Source of the DNA: Minisyncoccota bacterium
Lineage (GTDB): Bacteria; Patescibacteriota; Minisyncoccia; Minisyncoccales; GWA2-38-27
NCBI GenBank assembly: GCA_028697015.1
Contig: JAQVFW010000003.1
Location: forward strand, 1 to 51,376
Direction: 5' to 3'
Length of the DNA: 51,376 nucleotides
Positions within the stretch are counted from its first letter, which is position 1, and each line of letters begins with the position of its first letter. The translations under genes and the position numbers were made by a program. This document shows, in pieces, positions 47,246 through 51,376 of the stretch. The notes below the pieces were generated by a model. That model saw only the letters and a list, made by a program, of their open reading frames with translations. It made no database searches and was not told where the DNA came from.

Positions 47246-47920
47246 TTATTTATCTTTAAAAATATCATCTAAATAATTCTTTATTTCGAAGTTTAAAAGA
47301 TGAGATTTTTTTATTTTATAGCAATTATAGAGATCTTTCCATTCAAACAATGAGTGCAAGCGAATGTTTTGATTCTTTAAATTTTCTGTTCCGCCTCTGC
47401 CAACATCAACTATTGCTAAAGCATCTGTTATTTTAAGCCCAGTATTTCTTAATCTTGAAGCAAATTTTATAACCGTATTTGCTGAAAGAACTGCATCTTC
47501 AACAATTAAAACTTTATCATCTTTTTTAAAAACTCCTAGAATTTCTCCTGAAGTAGGCATAGTACCGTCTTTTTTAACGCCATCTTTTCTTAAAGTTAGA
47601 CAAGGGGATTTGAGATTATATGCAAGATAATAGGATAATGGCAATCCCCCATAAGGAGCTCCTGCAATCAAATCATAATCTATCTTTTCCTCTTTTATAA
47701 TATCGGCGGCAAATTGTGTAATTTTCTGCATTAAACTAGGATAGCCAATTATTTTTGAAGTATCAAAGAACAAAGGCCCGCGAATACCATTTTTTAAAAG
47801 AACCCAATTTTCCTTATCCATAGAAGAAGCAACAAAAAGCAAATTATGACTTATAATATCTTCTATTAAATCTTCTTCTTTTTCCATAATCTTAAATTTT
47901 TTATTTATCTTATATTTCAT
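47246..47920 (-). CDS. pyrE: Phosphoribosyltransferase, orotate PRTase-like
   Basis: PRPP-binding motif VLIVEDAVLSANT. Upstream, LKNGIRGPLFFD...IAGAPYGGLPL resembles PyrE. Confidence 0.6.
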   Translation of the reverse strand: MKYKINKKFKIMEKEEDLIEDIISHNLLFVASSMDKENWVLLKNGIRGPLFFDTSKIIGYPSLMQKITQFAADIIKEEKIDYDLIAGAPYGGLPLSYYLAYNLKSPCLTLRKDGVKKDGTMPTSGEILGVFKKDDKVLIVEDAVLSANTVIKFASRLRNTGLKITDALAIVDVGRGGTENLKNQNIRLHSLFEWKDLYNCYKIKKSHLLNFEIKNYLDDIFKDK

Positions 47921-47982
47921 ATCTAAAGATTTTCTCTTTTATTCATACTTGATAAAAAAAAGTCAAAAAAAACAACAAAAAT

Positions 47983-48738
47983 TTACTCTCTGTATTTATA
48001 ATAAACCCTGTCCTGAAACCTCAAATCAATATATTGAAGAAGATGCTCTTTCCCTAAAATATGCTCTTCAAAAACAAGATTAAGGTTCTCAATCTGCTCT
48101 TTTGCATCTTTTTGAGGATTGAAATAAGCAGCCCAGCCCTCTTTTGATTTAACATTAACTCTCTTTGGGCTTAGTATAGCAACTTCTTCAAGTTCAAGAG
48201 AATCTTTAAGCTTAAAGATAAAACGAGCCAGTTTTTCTTCCATTACCTTCTTTCCAAGGAAAACATCTTCTATTTGCGTTTCAAAATAAGTAAATGGAGA
48301 AGATTCTAGGGCATAAGAAAAGGCAATTCCATAACCGTCAACAAGATAACAGTCATTATTGCAGAAAACAAAAAGGGGCTCCCTTTGCTTTACATTAATT
48401 TCAATTGAAAGAGAAAGAAGATCTTTTTTTATTTCAACCTTCTCAATATCAAAAAAATCATTCAAAATTTGATTCTTTAATTTATCTTTGTCAAAAAGAA
48501 AAATGCTTCTTGTTTTAAGAGAAAAAAAATCCTTTTCAACAAAATTATCGGCAATTTCATAAACCCTTTCTCTATTCTCATATCCTTCAATTTCTATTTT
48601 TTTTACAAAAAAGAAAGGGAAAAAAAGAAAGACATAGGAAAGAGACAAAAAAATAAGAAAGAAAAGAACAGACATGAAAACATAAGGGAAAATGCTTTTT
48701 TTCTTTTTTGTCTTGTACTTCTTTTTATACTTATACAT
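47983..48738 (-). CDS. ftsQ: Cell division protein FtsQ/DivIB-like (TM anchor plus POTRA-like domain)
   Basis: Basic N-terminus, one TM helix, a VKKIEIEGYEN POTRA-like start, and position in a cell-wall operon. Confidence 0.55.
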   Translation of the reverse strand: MYKYKKKYKTKKKKSIFPYVFMSVLFFLIFLSLSYVFLFFPFFFVKKIEIEGYENRERVYEIADNFVEKDFFSLKTRSIFLFDKDKLKNQILNDFFDIEKVEIKKDLLSLSIEINVKQREPLFVFCNNDCYLVDGYGIAFSYALESSPFTYFETQIEDVFLGKKVMEEKLARFIFKLKDSLELEEVAILSPKRVNVKSKEGWAAYFNPQKDAKEQIENLNLVFEEHILGKEHLLQYIDLRFQDRVYYKYRE

Positions 48739-49760
48739 TAAATTCTTCTTTTTATTCTTCTTAAAGTTTCAAAGATATAAACAAGAAAATATTTCTTTGA
48801 AAGAGGCAAATCAAAGCTTTTGAGATATAAAAAGGGTTTTCCATTATAGCCAAGCTTAAACAATGTCGGACCTGCCCAAGGATGTTTTGGATTTTCTTTA
48901 GGATCAACATATCCCCAAAAATCATAAAACAGGCATCCTCTTTTTTTGGCTTCCTTAATCGCTTCCCATTGAATTAGATAAGGAATAGAAAGCTTTGAAA
49001 ACTTGTCATCTGAGGCGGCCTGATGATAAAAAGCAAGGTTATTCCAAAAAATGACAATCGCTCCGGCAGCAACTTTATTATTATATTTTCCCAAAAAAAG
49101 AAGCGCCTGATTGTCTTTTAAAAAAACTTGAAACTCCTTTTTGATATAATCAAAAGAAAAAGGAACAAATCCCTGCCTTTTGCCGACATTTTCGTTAAGA
49201 ATGATATATTCTGAAAGAGCGTCTTTATTTTGGCTCTTTTCAATGACAATATCTTTGTTCTTTAATCCCTGGCGAATCAAATAGCGAGTAGTCTTTCTCA
49301 TATTCTTTAAAAGATCTTCCTCAGATAAAGAAAGAGAAAGCTTTAGAGTCGACTCATAAGCATTTTCCAAAATAGGAGAATGAATGAAACCAAGTTTTTT
49401 AAAATAATCTTCGTTTTCCTTATTTCTTAAAAACAAAGGATTAAGTCGAAGAAATACGGCTTTTTCTTTTTTCCCAATTTCCTTTATTTTAAAAATCAGC
49501 TTCTCTAGGGCTAAAATATTGTTAAGTTTGAAAGTAGGCCCATGCTGAATAAGCAAAAAAGTTCCTCTCTTTGCTTTTATTCTAGTAACAAGAGCAATTA
49601 AAACAATCTTTTCATTTTCAAAAACCCCAAAACGCCATATTTTATTTCCCATTTCCTTTTGGAATTCTCCCCAATTCCACGATTGAAGAAATGTCTTTTC
49701 TTCTGCATCAAGAAAAAAATCCTCCCATTTTTTTTTATCGGTAATTTCCTTTATTTCCAT
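48738..49760 (-). CDS. FemAB-family peptidyltransferase (peptidoglycan interpeptide bridge formation)
   Basis: FLQSWNWGEF...YHQAASD...YDFWG is characteristic of FemAB (lipid II aminoacyl transferases). Confidence 0.75.
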   Translation of the reverse strand: MEIKEITDKKKWEDFFLDAEEKTFLQSWNWGEFQKEMGNKIWRFGVFENEKIVLIALVTRIKAKRGTFLLIQHGPTFKLNNILALEKLIFKIKEIGKKEKAVFLRLNPLFLRNKENEDYFKKLGFIHSPILENAYESTLKLSLSLSEEDLLKNMRKTTRYLIRQGLKNKDIVIEKSQNKDALSEYIILNENVGKRQGFVPFSFDYIKKEFQVFLKDNQALLFLGKYNNKVAAGAIVIFWNNLAFYHQAASDDKFSKLSIPYLIQWEAIKEAKKRGCLFYDFWGYVDPKENPKHPWAGPTLFKLGYNGKPFLYLKSFDLPLSKKYFLVYIFETLRRIKRRI

Positions 49761-50998
49761 TTTTTTAAGAATGAAACGATTCTTTTTGCATCTTCAAATG
49801 ATAAATTAATATGAGTTGGCAGATTAAAGGTTTCCTTTGAAAGCGCTTTTGCATTCTTGCAATCTCCCAAATATCCCATTTTTTCACTTATTGTATCATG
49901 CGGAGCAATCGGGCTCGTGTACCAATCCCCTATTAAAATATTTTCCCTGTCCCATGCATTGTAGATAATATCCCAAGCATCCTTATGCCTTATGGTAAAC
50001 CGCAAAAATATATTTTCCCTTTCTTCAAAAACAGAAGGAAGAATAAAAGAAGAATCCTTAAGATTTTGATAATAAAAATCTGCCATTTTCTTCCTGTGAC
50101 TGTTAAAATATTGAAGCTTCTTAAACTGATTCAAAGCAAGAATAGATAATGCATTTGGCATTCTAGCTGGAAAATATGAAGGAATTTTTCCTCTTTTTTC
50201 TTTGTAGTGAACGGCTTTTGATAAAATATGCAAAATTTGGAAGAAAACCAAAAATATCTTTCCTAAATTAAAAAACCTGTAAATCGGCAAAACAAGCCAA
50301 TTTAAAAGAATAGGATGAAGCAATTGCTGAAAAACAAAGTAAGAAGAGGAATCTTTCAATTCTTCCTTTATTTTTTTAAGATTATCGCCTATTCTCTCAT
50401 CATTTGAAACGGCCATTCCTCCATAAACGGAAGAAATAACCTTATCTCTTGAAAAGCTAAAAAAAGAGGCCTTTCCAAAACTTCCAACCAGTTTTCCTTT
50501 GTATTTTGCCCCTAAGCTATGGGCGCAGTCCTCTATTAAAATAAGGTTATTCTCGTTGCAAACTTTCAAGACCCCGTCAATATCGGCCGGCTGGCCAAAA
50601 GTATGCTGGATTATTACAACTTTGCTTTTAGAAGAAACTTTCTTTTGAAGGTCTAAAACGTCAATATTATAGTCGTCTTTATTGCAGTCAACAAAAACGG
50701 GCTTTAATTTTGCCCAAATAACGGGATTTACGGCAGCGTTGCAAGTAAAACCCTGCAGAAGAACCTCCTCTCCTTCTTTAATATCCAAGGATTTCAAAAT
50801 GGCAAAAAGAGAGCTTCTTCCGCTATTAAAAGAAAAGGCATATTTTGCCCCTATGTATTTTTTAAATTCCTCTTCCAGCTTTAAGGTTTCTTTTCCTTTC
50901 TTCCACTTCCAAAACTGAAAAATCAATTTTAAGGCCAAAAAGACATCGTCTCTCTGGGTATTCGGAGAAAGAGATATTGAAATGGGCCTTGCCTTCAT
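49751..50998 (-). CDS. DegT/DnrJ/EryC1/StrS-family PLP aminotransferase-like protein (415 aa)
   Basis: NSGRSSLFAIL...IEDCAHSLGA...SFSRDKVIS, which holds the PLP lysine. Confidence 0.75.
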   Translation of the reverse strand: MKARPISISLSPNTQRDDVFLALKLIFQFWKWKKGKETLKLEEEFKKYIGAKYAFSFNSGRSSLFAILKSLDIKEGEEVLLQGFTCNAAVNPVIWAKLKPVFVDCNKDDYNIDVLDLQKKVSSKSKVVIIQHTFGQPADIDGVLKVCNENNLILIEDCAHSLGAKYKGKLVGSFGKASFFSFSRDKVISSVYGGMAVSNDERIGDNLKKIKEELKDSSSYFVFQQLLHPILLNWLVLPIYRFFNLGKIFLVFFQILHILSKAVHYKEKRGKIPSYFPARMPNALSILALNQFKKLQYFNSHRKKMADFYYQNLKDSSFILPSVFEERENIFLRFTIRHKDAWDIIYNAWDRENILIGDWYTSPIAPHDTISEKMGYLGDCKNAKALSKETFNLPTHINLSFEDAKRIVSFLKKWK

Positions 50999-51156
50999 GA
51001 TTTATTCTTTTTTCTAAAATTAAAAAATCTTTTTAAAAAGCCTTTTCCTTTCTTGTTTTCATAGGCAATATACATTCCGCATTTCGGGCAAATTATGGCT
51101 TCTTTTGCCAACTTATTTTCACAATTTTGGCAAATTATTGTTCCTTCTTCGTTCAT
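50995..51156 (-). CDS. Candidate zinc-ribbon micro-protein (53 aa), not in the ORF track
   Basis: Hand translation gives MNEEGTIICQNCENKLAKEAIICPKCGMYIAYENKKGKGFLKRFFNFRKKNKS (CxxC-N10-CxxC). ATGA overlaps occur at both ends with the flanking genes. Confidence 0.5.
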   Translation of the reverse strand: MNEEGTIICQNCENKLAKEAIICPKCGMYIAYENKKGKGFLKRFFNFRKKNKS

Positions 51157-51376
51157 TTTTTTATATCATTAATTTTTAATGCAAGAGAAGATATTATTTT
51201 TTTATTAACCCTTCCCTTTAAAAGAACCACTCCTTTTTCTTTTTCAATTTTTGAGACAATTTCATCGGGATTTTTCATAAACAAAATCTTATTCTTCTTA
51301 ATCCCCGCTCCCTCCTTTATCTCATCTAAATAATCATCTGAAGTTATTATTGCCAAATCGCAAACCTCGGCTATCT
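51153..51376 (-). CDS. Mur ligase family protein, C-terminal part (5' end outside the window)
   Basis: ...LAIITSDDY...VVLLKG resembles the MurE/MurF C-terminal domain. The frame stays open to the window edge. Confidence 0.55.
   Translation of the reverse strand, partial: IAEVCDLAIITSDDYLDEIKEGAGIKKNKILFMKNPDEIVSKIEKEKGVVLLKGRVNKKIISSLALKINDIKK

Overview
AT-rich window (about 28-33% GC in the lines I sampled) with small, tightly packed and often overlapping genes. The style resembles a Patescibacteria/CPR-type bacterium, but that placement is inference only. Core content includes a 23S-5S rRNA operon with no 16S in the window, mreC-mreD-PBP2-greA-gltX, and xerC/D. It also includes uppS, rpmA, pyrG, rplI, a C-terminal processing protease, tRNA-Ala and tRNA-Lys. 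The rest is an hrcA-grpE-dnaK-dnaJ operon behind a CIRCE-like operator, two large GT-C type membrane glycosyltransferases, pyrimidine-related genes, and a Mur-ligase/DegT/FemAB/FtsQ cell-wall operon. The unusual part is two paralogous accessory modules built the same way. Each has a large serine recombinase: an intact copy at 34027..35574 and a 5' fragment at 125..358. Each recombinase is preceded by a 0.5-0.65 kb GC-rich, hairpin-dense non-coding leader, from which an XRE-led cargo operon runs divergently. Each cargo is bracketed by long inverted repeats derived from that GC-rich region. Module 2 (24162..35532) abuts tRNA-Ala. It has perfect 349-bp and 124-bp inverted repeats that meet at a shared 4-bp core (GTGG/CCAC). 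Its cargo is a 10-gene nucleotide/nucleotide-sugar tailoring operon that contains a two-gene insert at about 55% GC. Module 1 (125..3321) is decayed and carries an XRE / HNH / HEPN-like (Rx4H) / histidine-phosphatase cassette. Stems of several hairpins differ between the two modules while the loops and flanks stay conserved. This suggests a functional structured RNA or DNA element associated with the recombinase, and I regard it as the best candidate for something undescribed. No CRISPR array, rRNA intron or reverse transcriptase was seen. All coordinates of non-ORF features were read by hand and may be off by a few nt.
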